64,000 nt of DNA from Camelus dromedarius (taxonomy: Eukaryota): NCBI RefSeq assembly GCF_036321535.1, contig NC_087437.1:11286001-11350000 (forward strand), read 5' to 3'. Under the pieces are notes generated by a model. It had not been told where the DNA came from, ran no database searches, and saw nothing but the letters and a program-made list of their open reading frames with translations. Below, piece after piece: positions 49,043 to 63,169 of the stretch. The position numbers and the translations under genes are program-made. Positions within the stretch are counted from its first letter, which is position 1, and each line of letters starts with the position of its first letter.

Positions 49043-51904
49043 CTGGAGGGTTGAAACACAGGAGATGACGAGCTGTTGGCATGGCCAAGACTGGGTTGAG
49101 TTGGAGAGCTTTGGAAGGCAAGTTGTTTCCCAATTCTTTCGGGCTGACCGGGTTCACATGGCCCTCCGCTTGACGGCAGTGGTAAGATGCAGGGGGTACC
49201 AGCCTCGGGCATGTGGCCACCGCAGCTGGATTGCCTGTCGGAGTAATCAACACCTCCCCCCTGGCTTTTAGTGCCTAGAAAGACATCAGCATCCCCACGG
49301 GAAGGCTGCCCTCTTGCCCGTCCCGCTCCAACAGCAATGACCCTGGAGCAAGTTGACACCCATTTATGTGACTGCTTAGATGACCATTTGAGGTCTTGAG
49401 GGTCAGGGCTGGCCGTGGACACTTTTCAGAGCCTCAGGACATAAAACGTGCAGGGTTCGGCCTGGTTTGACTTGGGTTTTATCACAGGCTGACCTGAGGG
49501 GCACCCTGTTCCTTAAGTGGGACATGCCACGTGGCTGCGCAAGACTGACAAGTCCATTCTCCTTGCTACCCTCCACTCCCCAGAGCCTACAACAGCGGGA
49601 AGAGAAACTGTGTGGGTGGTTTCAGTGTCGTCCCAAACAGGCGGTGAGATCAGCTGAAAAGAGCAGATAGTGCTTCAGTGTGGGGCGATTTACAACCCTA
49701 ATCATAGAATGAAAGACCCCAAATCTCTTTGGTTGAAGTAAAGGCAGTCAATGGCTTATGTATATAGTATTGTTTTCTCTATTCAGTTTATAGGGGCTTG
49801 AAGGTCTGCTCTCTAGAAAATGAGGAAAAAACCAGAATAATATAATGAATATAACTTTCTCATGCTAACCTTCCCTGGTGGCATGTTATACCTCCCTGAA
49901 TATCTTTACTGAACGTGGAAATGAAGTAGAGAGTGAAAACAAACAAGCTAATATATAGACTTGTAGATGCATTCACATTAAAACACAGAGGTCATCTGGC
50001 CATCTGTATTTCCAGAAATTCTTAGGCTAAGGTCTGTCAAAATGCAAAAGCAAAAGAAAAAAACTAACATAAATAGAGTTCTACTTTTAAAGTGATTATA
50101 AACAGTGATCGAAAGACAGCAATTTATAAGTGACATTTTCTTTTACGTTGAAATAAAGGACCATACGTATGTGCATCAGAGAGACAAGTCCATCCTGCTC
50201 TGTGCAGAGTAACTGGGAATTTAAAGCTGCTTTCCAACATTTAAAATGAATTTTAAATTATTTACTGCAAGGCTTAAACATGTTTCAGGTTTTCACAAGC
50301 ACCCTCTGTAAAGCTACTAGATGTCTCCAGGGATGTGGGGGAGGGTGGTTTCTCTAAGCATCTCATCTGTCCTCAGCCCCTTTTGGAAGCTGCATTTATC
50401 CTTCCTGGTCTTTGGGTTACTGGGTGGAAATCCTGGTACCCATACACTTGATTTCTAGCACAGGAGAAGACTGTGAGCGACTATGACAATAGAGGAATAG
50501 CTAACACACGATTTCTCCATCACAGTAAGTGGAAATGCTGCAATTAGCAATATCCTAACTCGGCCAGTAAGCAACGATCCCCTTTAAAAAAAAAATCTTA
50601 CAATACTTTTGGAGGTAATGTTTGATCTTATTCAGAAAAGAGCCATGAAAATTCACCCTGTGTAAGGGGCATCGGGAGAGGTGAGTTACCCAGACCTGGG
50701 ATCTTTCTCCTCAGTTTACATGCTGCTGTTTGATGCGTGGCGAATCAGAAAGGTCTGGACCCAGCTGTGCCGGCTACTGGTGCAATTACAGACACTTAGT
50801 CTCACTTTCCATGAAAGGAAAACAACAGATTAAGATCTTGGGAGACTGGATTGCATTTTGGACTACACATATCTATGTAGAATCCTTGCAGGTACCTATT
50901 ATCCAGGAGGGGTTGAGGTTTTCATGATCTAAATATAAAGCCACTGAATGCAAGGGTCAGTTCTGGGCCCAGAGAGATTTATTTTGTTTCTACAGACGTG
51001 AAAAGCCTTCTCGCCCATGCGTGCTTCTATGGTGTCTACTCTATTTTCAGGGACTCTAAATCTTTGGTACCTCGCACTGTGTAAAGCTCCATTTTAAGTC
51101 ATGTTCAGGTTATCATAGTATTTTGTAGAGCCTCCAACATTTGTTTTTTCTGCAGAAATTCTTAATATTTGGTATTCATTCCCCTGCCTGAACAGAAATT
51201 AAGAAATACAGCCAAACTGGGTAGTCGCAGCTTCCTAGTGAATGGAGCTGGGCAACATGCGTGGATGAGATGCTGAGAGTGACTCCACCCAAGGGGACAG
51301 TCATCCCCAAAGCTCAGCTGGTTAAAGTCCACTCAGCCTGTCCCCTGCGCCAGCAAGAGCAGGGATTTCTTCTAAGCAAGGGAGGCTATGTGTGGGGTGA
51401 GGTAGGGGATAGGATCGCCCTCTGTTTTCCTGAGAAAAGAAGCTGTGGTGGTTTGGGGAACGGGCTCCATTCGTGGGAGGCATTTATGAGCTCAGAATTA
51501 CTGTCTGTAATTACATTCATGATAATGATATTCAGTTGCTTAACGGCAGGTTTATTGGTCGGGGCTCTGCTGGAAAATCTGGGGACTGAAAAGCCCTGGC
51601 TGGGTCATGGGAAAACTCAAGAGGGGTTTGTTTAAGGAGGATCCTCCCGGGAACAGCGGGCACATGTAATTCCTACGCCATTCCCAAAGAGGGATGAGAC
51701 AGGCTCCTTAAATTCTGCCTGGGAGGCTGTGAACTGTCACCTCCACATTTGCTTGGCAGTGATGGTTTTCAGGGATTTTCTGCTATTTCTTTTTTTTTTT
51801 TTTTCCTGCTTTTTCTATGTCTAATGTCCATATCCTTCCATTCCCCCAAACTCAAACCAATGAGATATGTCTTTTTAGAGGGATTAAAAAATCTCAAAAT
51901 ATTA

Positions 51905-52056
51905 AATTTTCAAACGTTGGTGAGCATCAGAGTCACGTGAGATGGTATTAAAGGCAGAAAGACCAGGCTTCCTGAAGCCGGATGGGGCCAGGGCACTTGT
52001 ATACTGAGCAAGTTCTCCAGGTGTTTCTGATACCCAGTGGAGTTTGAGATCCACCC
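51905..52056. mobile_element. MER5-family MITE
   Basis: tttcaaac...gcatcagagtcac...aagttctccaggtgtttctgata...agtttgagatccac. Confidence 0.55.
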
Positions 52057-53075
52057 AGTTAAGAAAATCTAAGGTTAGAAAACAAATTATTGACATGTTT
52101 CAGATAAGAGTGCAATCTCCTTCTCAGACTCTCACTGTTTTACTCAGCCTTGGACTAAATTTGCATTATAATTAAAACTTTCATCAATTGTTTTAGAATC
52201 TACTGCGTGAGGCATTAGAAGTCAGCAGTTAATTGGATGTTATCTTGTTGATTGCAGGCATGAACGTAAATAAATATTCATTCAAAAAGCCTGCTGCTCT
52301 GAGGATTATACGGGACACAAATGTGCACAGTAGTAGAAATACATTTTTATTTCTAAAGGAAGATTCTGGAGATGATCATATCTTCTGTCATATGAAGTAT
52401 GGGTCTTTCAAGGATCTCAGCTAACATGTGGTTTTTAATATTTCATATTCTAGACATCAAGACGATTCATCAATTTAATTTGTCAGTTATGATGCAAATG
52501 AATAATTAAGTAGAATCAAAGGAAATGACATGTGAACTGTTACTAAAATAACCAGACACACACTGGCCTGTGTGTCTCCAGGGAGTTTAGATTTGAATGA
52601 CTGAGTCTGTGTTCGATGACCATAATTCTAGCGATTGACTGACCTAAAGGGTTCTTTTGCAAAAAGAAACAAACATAAATCCCATTAACGCGACTACCTA
52701 TATCTCATCTCTGGAAATTTCCTTAAAGATGATAAAAACCAAATCCATCCAGCAGAAAAGGGAGAATGATATGAACAGACTCAAATATTTCAGGACACAA
52801 AAGCAAGCTGATACCTTAGAAAAGTAGAAGGCAAAAGAAATAAGATTATAATAAAGTGTTCAGAAAGGGTCAGTGGAGCAGGCTGGGATGTCATGGCACC
52901 AACTATGAGTGTTTAGTTTGCATTAAAAGACCATCAAGATGAGGCACTGGGTCCCCACACCATATTCTGCATTCGGGGATGTATATATAACGTGCTTTGC
53001 AAACCCAGGGACTGGGTAGAATTACCACAGCCTGCTAAGTAGGCTGTCTCTCATTTCCATTTAAATATTTGCTTC

Positions 53076-53401
53076 ATTGAAATGTAGTTGATTTACAATG
53101 TTGTATTAGTTTCTGGAGTACAGCGCTGTGATTCAGTTATATGTATACCTATAAATATATACATATTCCTTTTCATTACAGGTTACCGTAAGCCACTGAA
53201 TATAGTTCCCTGTGCTCTACAGTAGGACCCTGCTGTTTATCTATTTTGTATTTAGTTGTTTGTACTTGCTAATCCCAAATGCCTAATTTATCCCTCCCCC
53301 GCTGCTTTCCCCCTTGGTAACCATAAGTTTGTTTTCTATGTCTGTGAGTCTCTTTCTGTTTTGTAAATAAGTTTGTTTGAGTCATTTTTTAAAAAGATTC
53401 C
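53076..53401 (-). mobile_element. L1 3' UTR fragment abutting an oppositely oriented L1 terminus (53402-53430)
   Basis: ttgaaatgtagttgatttacaatg...ggtaaccataagtttgttttctatgtctgtgagtc...agattcc. Confidence 0.85.
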
Positions 53402-53899
53402 AAATCAACTATACCTTCAATTTAAAAAGAATGGGGAAAGTAAATAAATTAAGAAATAAATCCTTATAGCAAAACAAAAAACCAAAACAAACAGAAAAAA
53501 CAACCTCCTGTCCCATAAGTTTCACCTTGTTGAATTCTCAGACTATGTACACATCAGCTGATTTACTCGTGGGGTCACGTAAAGCAGGAGACTAAGATTT
53601 GGCTGAGCACCCACTGTGGGCCAGGTACAGAGCTGGACGCTCGGACTCATCTTCATAGCGTCCCTGGAAGTACACAGAGCTATGCTGCTCGAGGGACAAG
53701 GAAACTGGAAGTCAGAGAAGCACCTTCATCTGCCCTTTCATGGCCTTTGTACGGTTACCTGATACGTTCTCATTGTTTGCCTTAGTTGGGTGAGTTGCCA
53801 CAGATCTATTAATAGCTATCATTTGATTACTACTTTGAAAGTTCTTTATAAACGATGTTTATCATCTTGTTCAGTTTTTCCAATTGACTCATTTATGTT

Positions 53900-54060
53900 C
53901 ACAGCGGGTCTCCCGGCTTTTACTCTCCACCACCTACAACCTCCCGTCCACTCAGCAGCCAGAGTGAGCCTTCAAAGATATACAACGGAGCTGATTTCTC
54001 TGCTGCTTAAAGTCTTCTGGTGACTTCCCATCAATACGGGAATGAAGACCTCATTTACCA
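53900..54060 (+). mobile_element. L2 fragment
   Basis: ccactcagcagccagagtgagccttcaaa...ctgcttaaagtcttctggtgacttccca. Confidence 0.5.
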
Positions 54061-54934
54061 GCCTACCCGGCTGAGCCCTCCTGGGGCTCTGCCCCACTCT
54101 CTGTCCTCTGGCCAGTGGGCTTCTGACCTGGGAAGCACCTTCCCACCCAGCATCTTGGCAGAAACTCTCCCCTGTGCCTTGAGTCCCCTTTCCGGATCCT
54201 TATGTAACCACTTCCTATTGTACCCCGAAAGCTGCAAGGATCCAACTCCCTCTTTCTTTTATATGAAGGTTAGATTTCCCCTTTTGAAGAACCTGTCAGG
54301 GTTGCATTTCTCCATGAAGACAACCAAAAATGAAAAGCCTGATGGGTTGGACCCATGTACGCCTTGGTGGAGGGAGGAGGCAGGGAGGCTGGAAGATCAA
54401 TGTCCCAGCTCTTCTATACAGTGCCTGGAAGGTCTCATCTCGGGAAGATCACTTCTTGTCTCCAGGCCTCAGTTTTTCCATCTGTAAACTGGCAATGTAA
54501 TATTGCCCATGGGATTTTTCTAAGGCGCAAATGAAATAATGCATGGGAATGTATTTAGTGATTAAGTGCAATTCAGGGTACCCAGTGCTGTAACTACCTA
54601 ATCAATGCCATGTGTATGACCACATGGGTCTCTTTCTAGCCAAAGGGAAAAATACTATTAATAAAACAGTATGTTACTTTTACTAATAAAAAATTCCATA
54701 TTCAATGGATATATCGACACCACTACCGCCGTCAAACACCACTGCCACCTCCACTCCCATTACCACCTGGTCCTAAACAGAACATTGTGTAGGCGAAGTT
54801 GTTTTTGGTGACCTCCCACTTCCTTTTGACCCCCTTTCTTCTTCCTTCTCCCTCTTCCCAGGTATTTGCTATTTCCATGCTGTCCTCTGGGTGCTCAGTC
54901 CCCACTGTGGGCGGATCACTTATTCACAGATCTC

Positions 54935-55092
54935 TTAGTAGCCTTGGGCAAGTCACTTCACTTCTCTGTACTTCAGTTTCCTCCTCTGTAAAATGGGAAC
55001 ATTCTCCTCTAGTAATGATTAAATAAGGTAATACACAAAAAGCTCTCTAAACAGTGTATGGCACATTGTAAACACTCAGTAAGGGTTAGCTC
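54935..55092 (+). mobile_element. MIR SINE
   Basis: ccttgggcaagtcacttcacttctctgtacttcagtttcctcctctgtaaaatggg...ggcacattgtaaacactcagtaa. Confidence 0.7.
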
Positions 55093-58000
55093 TTTCCTCA
55101 CGCCCTGAAATGATCTCTGCCTTTGCCCCATCGTCCAAACTCAGGTTCTCTAAACATGATTTCCAAAGAACATCTCCAAAAGAAAGAAGTTTGACAGATG
55201 ACTTCCCACTACCATGTTAATGGCTGGGAATCTGGGATGAGTCACCCCTCTCAGCAGATTGTGATTTTTTAAAGAGGATGCTTGAAAAGTGTAGGGCTAT
55301 GGCCCAGGAATGAATGTCTAAAACTGGATTCCTGACTGCTGTGCAAGGCAGGTGGGAGAGACAGTTTGGTGAAGTCCATGTTCAGAACAGGATTAAGGCA
55401 TTTCCGTTATGGCTGGCCTGACCGTCTTCACACCTGGCTTGCTTAGCTTGGTGGGTCAAACAGCACAATAGTGAAGACACAGATTTGATCCCTACGCAAC
55501 CTTCAAGACCTACCTCATTGTTTAAGCTCTCTTGAACCAATCCATCCACCCTCGAACTTTTATAACACTTCCCCTGTCTCTCCCACCCTCCACGTGTGAC
55601 TTTTTACCTTGTGATATAATCATTTACATACATGTATAAATTTTTTTGTTAACACTTTATTGCCTAGCACCATGTCCTATTTAATATTTATTGTCCCCTA
55701 ATAATCTGGTAATTGCAAAGAGGAAACTGTCTCCTAGGCACAGACTCTATGCTTATTTTCTTACCCAAACGCTACTGGTGGCTTCATTACTATTAAAACC
55801 AAGTCAGTGCACATTTTCTACTACCAATAGTACTATCGGCCCCAAAGTGCTGGTGAAAATGAAAACTGTTCTGCTTTTTAGGGGCAGGATAGGAGAGTGG
55901 CTAAGACTCGGGGCTCTGCTAGTCAAGGTTCAAATTGTAGCTCTTCCACTTTGCTGTATGACTTTGGGGAAGTTGGATCTCTCTGCAGCACACCTGTACT
56001 GTCAGCTCTATCTCTTCTGTAAGGGAGGACTTACTGTGGCCTCCTAGTGTGTCAGTGGTACCCACACCTCTTCTTCCATTACTGGACTCTAATGGGCTTA
56101 TCCATCTCTGAAATCCCGTAGCGCAAAGCACGGTGACTTAACATGACAGGACCTCAATATATATTATTTAGAAATAATTGAACATAATCTAGACAGGACA
56201 AAATACCCCTGAGTCTGAGCAGAGCACACACAGACTCTGATCTACCCAGGAATTTCTACCCACAGAACATCCATGGGAGACAAGTTAGCCGACTGCTCAG
56301 CGCTCTGCAGCAAAGGCAGTCCCACCAGAGACAAAGGCTGCAGCCCAGGCTGAGGTGTGCCCTGCGCACAGAGAAGACAGAAAGGGCAGCTAGGTGACTC
56401 CGTTCCTCCTGGTCCCAGGCTGGGTAATCTCACTGTTTTTATTTTGGCGTTTGTACCCCGTGAACACTCCGCCGAAGCCACAAGTGAAGTCCACGGTGTG
56501 CTCCCCAGACCACGTGTGTGACATTGCTCCGGAGAGATGCCACCGTGTGGCTCCGTGTCTCGGGCCATCTTCTCAGGATCTCTCCTGGACCAGCTCCACT
56601 AGTCTAGGTGCATCTGGAAGTGGGTGGCCGGCCACCAGGGGACAGGCTGCGGGCTTGACTCCCTGGGCCTTCGGATCTGCCTAGGGTGGCATCACCTGGC
56701 CTGGGAATCTTCCAGAGGGGCCTGAGGGTGCGGGGTCTGGGCCGCCATCTACTTCCATTTACAAAGGTCTCACGGGTGGCGCTTCCCCACTGGAAGCCAT
56801 GAGACTTGTAAACTTAGAATATGTGGGCAAGAAAGGGAGATTTCTCTGAAAGAGAGGAAAGTCAAATAGTTGACTATTTTTAAAGGATATTCACCAGCAC
56901 TGCCTTTGAGATTTGTGAGGGAAGGGTTACACAAATTTGCTGAGTCTCATGGTAACTACCCCACAGGGTCGGTGTAAGTATGACATGAGCCCAACATATG
57001 GACAAGGTCTAGCACTGAGCAGAAATGCAGGTGCTCACCGTGTTTCCTTCCTATTTTACTACTGATCATTATGGATCAAAACCACTGTTCCCAGTAGGCG
57101 AGAAGGGACCCAGTTCAGCGTGGGTCCTTGCCACACAGCCAGTCTGTGGTGACTTCCTCCTCCTTTGAAGAACATTGGTTATTTGATCTAATAACACACA
57201 ATTGTGTATGTTTCTGAGATCTTACTGGTATCTGTTCATATTCCCAACATGAAGACTTGGCTAGCCCTTGAGATGGTGACCAGATACTGCTTTGATACTC
57301 TCCACAATTTAAACCTGCAAAATGGAATGAAATGTTCTGGTCACTGTAAGACGTATAAAGGAATGGGTCCCAGCAGGGAGGGGGTCTTCCAGGCCACTAG
57401 CTTCTAAAGGAATTGCGGCTGGGGAGAAGAAGAGAGGAAGGAAGCCACACGTATTATTATCTACATACACAATAATAGCAATAATACTGGTAAAATGTAC
57501 TGAGCACTTACTATATGGACTAGGCACCATAAATAAAAACTATTCCTCATTGAGCATCTCCTGGGTGTCAGATAGCATCCTGAGTGCTTTTCACATTATC
57601 CCATTTAAGTTGCATAATGATATCAAGAAATAGGTATGGCTTCTGTCATTTACTCCAGTGAGGAAATAAGGATGGAGGGAAGTGTCTCTATTTAGAATGT
57701 TACAATGTACGGTAATTCTTAGCTCACCATTTACACTTGTGAGCTCCTTAACAGCTGGGACCACGGCTGGTTTAGCTGTGTGCCCGGCACGCAGCATGGA
57801 GCCTGGTCCCCCGACTGCTCATTGCCTGGAGTGAAACTGAACTGAACCGGGCAGCCTCCGCATCTCCCCGCTTCCCCTCCGCAGCCCAGTGGGAACTGGG
57901 CATCGGTGAGAGCGTCCTTCTCCCCTTTGTGCCTGTGCTGTTTTCCCGCTGCTCAGCTAGGTACCCTTCCCTGGGGTCTTCTCTCAGGCTCCACACTGTT

Positions 58001-59331
58001 TCCCCTCAATTCTCTTCCTGTCTCCTCCTCCTCTTTCCAAGCGCTGCGTGTCCGTGGTTCTCTCATGGTCTGGAGCAGAGGTCTCTAAAGAAACTGGATG
58101 CTGGGGTTTGAGAAACAAATAATGACCTTATGTTTATATTTTAATTTGAAAATTTAAAAAGAAAAGCTTTTCCTGACGTTGTACTGATGTACTTACAGAA
58201 TGAATGAGTGAATGAACGAATGAATGAAATACCGAGAGTGAGGTAATAAATGTGCTCCGGCAACCCAGTCAGGGCGTATTCCTCTGGAGAACAAACGCTG
58301 CTGCACTCCTGAAATTTTACAGACAAGGACTGCTGAGGCCCTGCTCAGCCTTTGTCTAGCTACCTGAAACACAGCCTCGAGATATCTTCTTGTAGGCAGA
58401 GTCTTGCAGAATTGGCCTCTTTGTTCAGATGCTGCCTTCCGTTGCTCTGTGGTTTTGGTTTTCCTTTCCTGAGCGCCTGCCTATTAATTTTCCCTCTTGC
58501 TCAGCTTGGCCCTCTCTGCCCCTGCGTACTGGTGCACTTAAGTTTGCTATCGCAGAGGTTTTTCTCTGATTTCCCTGGCAGGGACTCTCAGTCCATTAAG
58601 TGAGGGAGATCTGGGACCTACTAAGGGAGAAACACATTTCCCCTTATCTGGCGGTTCCCACCTCTCCAGTTTTCTTGCCTATTCCATCAGGCAAACAGTA
58701 TCCCAATGAAAAACAATCAACATAGTTCTGGAAGTCACAAATAATTATTCTGAAACTAGAAACTACGATGACCATCTCTTGATAATAAGTTAAAACCATG
58801 AAACACCTTTACAAGTCTGAGTTTAGAACCTTTAAATGGGACGCACATGAATCTCTTTTCAAGTTTAGCCTGAAACAAAGGTAAAGACCAAACAATGAAA
58901 CACGTGCTCCACCCCGGTGGAGCTTCACAGCGGGAAAACATGGCAGTGACCAGGGCCACCTCATGAGGACTTCCCCACAGGGGGGCAGGCTGACCACTGG
59001 AACACGGACCAGAGGCCCCGCAGACTGGGAAAGGGCTTTCCGGAAAACACAGTGGAATCCTCCCTGAGGACTGGTCATTGGTTTTCCATAATTCAGATCG
59101 GATCTCATTAGAGAATCCTCAGGTCAGATGACTCAAACTTGGAGGTAATTACTCTAAAGGCCACAGAGATTCCATTTAGGATATTAAGAAAGCTACAGCT
59201 GTTGCAAAACAATTCATATTAAAAGAGCCACAAACACATAAAAGGGAACAGATGTTTGTTGTCAGGATTAGATTTTTCCTGCGTGAAAGTTCAGATCATC
59301 ATGTTTATTCTTCTTGCCAATCTGAATTCGC

Positions 59332-59522
59332 TTTTTTATTTTTAAATTTTTTTATCAAAGTGTAGTCAGTTACAATGTGTCAGTTTCTGGGGCACAGCAT
59401 AATGTCTCAGGCATGTATATACATACATATATTTGTTTCCATATTCTTTTTCATTATAGGTTACTACAAGATACTGAATGTAGTTCCCTGTGCTATACAG
59501 AAGAAATTTATTTTTTTTTAAT
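59332..59522 (-). mobile_element. L1 3' terminal fragment
   Basis: gtagtcagttacaatgtgtcagtttctgg...tagttccctgtgctatacagaagaaat, similar to 16895-17045. Confidence 0.82.
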
Positions 59523-59762
59523 GTTCTCTATATATAAACCCACATTTTTAAAGAAAACAGAAGGTAGCTTGTAAGTTTGGCCCCATTTTATGTTCCCAAA
59601 CTTGAAATACACCTTCCAAAAGTAGGAAATACATGTGAATCTGTCCTAACTTTGGAAATTAGGGCTGGGATATAATATGCGGACATAGAACACATTTTGA
59701 AATTTACCGTTTATCAAATAGAGAGACACAATGTAACTCTTGGGTAATCAGGACGATTTTAT

Positions 59763-59929
59763 TTCATTATTTATTTATTTCTGTAGTTTAAAAAAAATTT
59801 TTGACAGTATTTTTTTGGGGGTTGGGGAGGTAATTAGATTTATTTGTTTTTCTACTGGAGGTCCTGGGGGTTGAACCCAGGAACCATGCTAAGCACACAC
59901 TCTACCACTGAGCTATATGCCCTCCGCAC
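59763..59929 (-). mobile_element. Vic-1-like SINE
   Basis: Core on the minus strand. TSD TAATCAG(G/A)AC(G/T)ATTTTAT at 59745-59762 and 59930-59947. Confidence 0.87.
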
Positions 59930-60844
59930 TAATCAGAACTATTTTATATATCACACTTTAAAAGAAGTCATTACTTGGCAGCAAAACACACCTATTCTAT
60001 CAATGAATTACACTCAGGGATGAACAAAATGGACAAAAATATATCCTGGTGCTAATAAACTACAGTAACACGTAGGCCTATAGAGTTCTCCTCCTCTGAG
60101 TTTTCATAGGATCTCACTACCACTTTCCAGATATCGTTTTGTGCAAATAAGTAACTGGCATCAAGAGCAATGCGGATATTCCCTTCATTTACGGAGGAAC
60201 CTTTTCTACCTGGAGAAGTTGGGTTTTCCCTTTTGTTCAGGAACAAGACGGCAGCCACGGGACCCACATCCTCCTCACCTATGGTTATGATGGCAGGCAA
60301 GCTTCTTCAGGGAGGGCAGGGCTCCGTGAGGGCGGGCACCTGGGAGATGTGCTCAGGCCCTCGGGATACCATTAACGACATGGAGGCCATGTTTCCTTAA
60401 GTGGCCCTGTGTGGAATGACACCGCTACCAGCAGGGTCTGTGATCTTCCCAAGGAGGATCTGACTTCTCTGCGTCTCACAGTCTCGTACCAACAGCAGAA
60501 ACTGAGGGGAGGATGAAACTGCTTCCTCCCTTCCTGTCTTGTGGAAGATAATTTAGCCCTGCAGATGGGTCAAACTGCCTGGTGCAATCTGCTCTACAAT
60601 GTTTTTCCAGTTCAGGAAAATCAAGAGAAGAAGGTGGAATTTCAACTGCCTTTTTTCTTAGCTCTTTGCCCTTCTCTTGAACTTTCTGATTACTCAAAAT
60701 AGAGCCAGCGAAGTTGGAGCTGGAGAGGGTGTCGGACAGTGAGTCCCGGTAGGTCTGTCCCTCTCCAACCAGCTTGCCCCCAGTGAGGGCCAAGCGTGCC
60801 CCACGTCCCCTCTGTCCTCAAATGGCTTGTGAATATCTCAGGCC

Positions 60845-60987
60845 TTGTTACCCTAATGTGTTAGCATCACTGGGAGCTTGTTAGGAACGTGGGATTCTGG
60901 CCCCAGAACTGATGAATCAGAATTGGCATTTTAACGAGATCCTTGTGTTATTCACATACACACTGATGTCTGAGATACTCTGTCCTA
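60845..60987. mobile_element. MER5-family MITE
   Basis: gcatcactgggagcttgttaggaa...gaatcagaattggcattttaacgagatcc. Confidence 0.6.
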
Positions 60988-61289
60988 GGGCACAGTCTCC
61001 GTATAAAGTAGCGGGGATTGGTTAAATGTGTGGTTACCCAATTTAAACTTTGGGTGGATTTAATATTTACTAGAGGGACAGAGAGAGAAGATTTTCCTAT
61101 CAAGGAATCAGAGGGGAAGCTAGTATTTGATGGATTGCAGGTGAGGGGCAGTAAAGACATGTGCATTTAAGGTCTTTATTTCCTACATGGTGAGTTGGCA
61201 AGTTTGGTTCTTGAAATGGGAAAATCCAAACACAAAGATTTCTGATTATGAAATTTCCTCTCTAGAGACATCCAACAAAATAATAAAAG

Positions 61290-61485
61290 TAATAGCTCAC
61301 ACTGAACACTAGTGTTTACTAGATGCCAGGTACCCATTCTGAGCACTTCGCATTTAATCTTCACGATAACTCTATGAGGAAGAAATAGTGTCCTCATTTT
61401 TTAGATGAGGGAACAGGGGCACAGAGAGGATTAACAACATTAACAACCAGGAGTTAGTGGCAGAGTTGAGGTCCAAACCCAAGGA
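61290..61485 (-). mobile_element. MIR SINE
   Basis: atttaatcttcacgataactctatgagg...cattttttagatgagggaac...gcacagagagg. Confidence 0.65.
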
Positions 61486-63169
61486 GGTCGAGCCAACCAT
61501 GCCACACCTCTGCTGGTTGTGGGAAGCCAACACCAGATGACTGAGGTGATTGCCACAGGCCAAAGAGCTAAATTCTGTGGACTTAAGAGATTTGAAATAA
61601 AGAAACAAAAGCTCAGAGAGGTCTTGTTCCTGCTCAAAGTCACCCAGACGAGGGAAGTGCTGGATGGCACTTCTGATAATTCCTCCCATGATCTTGTAAT
61701 TGAAAACATACATTTTTGGGGGGTCTACACCAAGGATTTATTTCTCAATCTCCACGCTGTTGCAAATTCTGACATTTTCACTCTATACCTCAAACAGTAA
61801 GAGCTGTTTTTCTCATTAAAACTTTTTTCTTCCAGTTAATTTACCAAACCAAAGACAGCTGTGCGGGGAGCGATTCCGAGTTCCCACACTGACTGCTGTG
61901 AAGATGTCCTCAAGAGGCTGATGTTTATGGTGGCACGGGTTCTGCCTCCAAGTGGCCCAAAAACTTAGGAAGAAGACAAAAACAAGCAAAACACCCAAGG
62001 TAAGGAAGAACTGATTTGTGTCCTCGCTGCCCAGCATGAAAGTTTAAAAGGCCACCTAATAATTTAAAACTGACAACAGAACAATTTCATTTTGAGTTCA
62101 TGATATGTGAGGTGAGCCTTATAGAAGGCCTACTGTGTGCCAGATGTGGTGCACACAGTGTTTTATTTATTCATTAGAACAACACCATGAAGGAGAGGCT
62201 GTTATTTGCCTCATTTTGTGGATGAGGAAACTTTTGGCAGAGAGAGCAAAATATTGCCCAAAGCTATAAATAGTAAATGGGGAGCTCTTCTCATACCCCC
62301 TTGGTCACATTCTACAGGTGCGGTGATGGTAGCCCAGAGAAGAAAAACATTTGCCCACAGTCACAAAGCTAGTTCAAGGGCAGTGCTGTGTCTGGCATCT
62401 TCCTCAAGATGGACCACGCTGGCTTACTGGCAAGTGGGAAATCCTGTGGAATAACAGTGGACCATTGCTTAGCATAAACATCGCTTTGAGAGGGGCTCAT
62501 TTATTTCCTCAGGAAGTATGGCTTCAGGAAGCAAAATCTCTCTTCAAAAAAGGATAGAATCAAATCCCGTATTTCTTTGGAAATGTAGGAAGGACATCAT
62601 GTCCAAATGAACAGACTCATCTGATTCTGACCACAGAACCACAGATGCTTGAGATACAAACATTCCCAGCTTTATGAAAGTCTGGCCTGAGATATTTTCT
62701 GATCAAACAGTAACCAAAAGAAGAACAAACATTGTGCTGTTAGCAATTATCCCAGCTGTCTGGTATATGTCCACAGACGACAGCTTCTGCAGGAGGAGTC
62801 GAGCTACCAAAATGGTGGTGCCAAAGCAACCTCCAACCAAATAGGGCTGTTGGATTTGTGTGGGACAATGTGGCAAGTGACATGGAAGGTGTCAAAAAAC
62901 GATCCACATGTGCTCCCCTAGCCGATGGATGGCTTTCTCCCTGGGGTTTCTCTGCCTACAGCTGCCTCAATTCTCGGAGTCCATTTGCCTGGAAAGATGA
63001 GAAAAGGCACAGTGGAGGAAGGAAACTGCCAGAGGGAGGAAGATGCTCTGAAGAAAAGCCCCATTCTGCACGTTACCTCCATAGGAGGGTTACTCAGTGG
63101 GTCCGTATACTGACCCCAGACAGACAGAGAGACCGAAGTTACCTCGAGCACCTACAGGGCTGCCCCTAG

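Noticed and set aside
49381..49405. Nuclear-receptor half-site cluster TGACCA-n4-AGGTCT-n3-GGGTCA as an autoregulatory TRE
   Set aside because: Half-sites are imperfect and the spacing is DR3/ER4 rather than DR4/ER6. I saw no convincing DR4 by eye, though the scan was not exhaustive.
48589..49422. Long ORFs overlapping the beta1 exon (48657..49271 +, 204 aa; 48589..49068 +, 159 aa; 48910..49422 -, 170 aa)
   Set aside because: No recognisable protein. Expected by-product of the high GC content and scarcity of stop codons around a real exon, and some begin at non-ATG codons.
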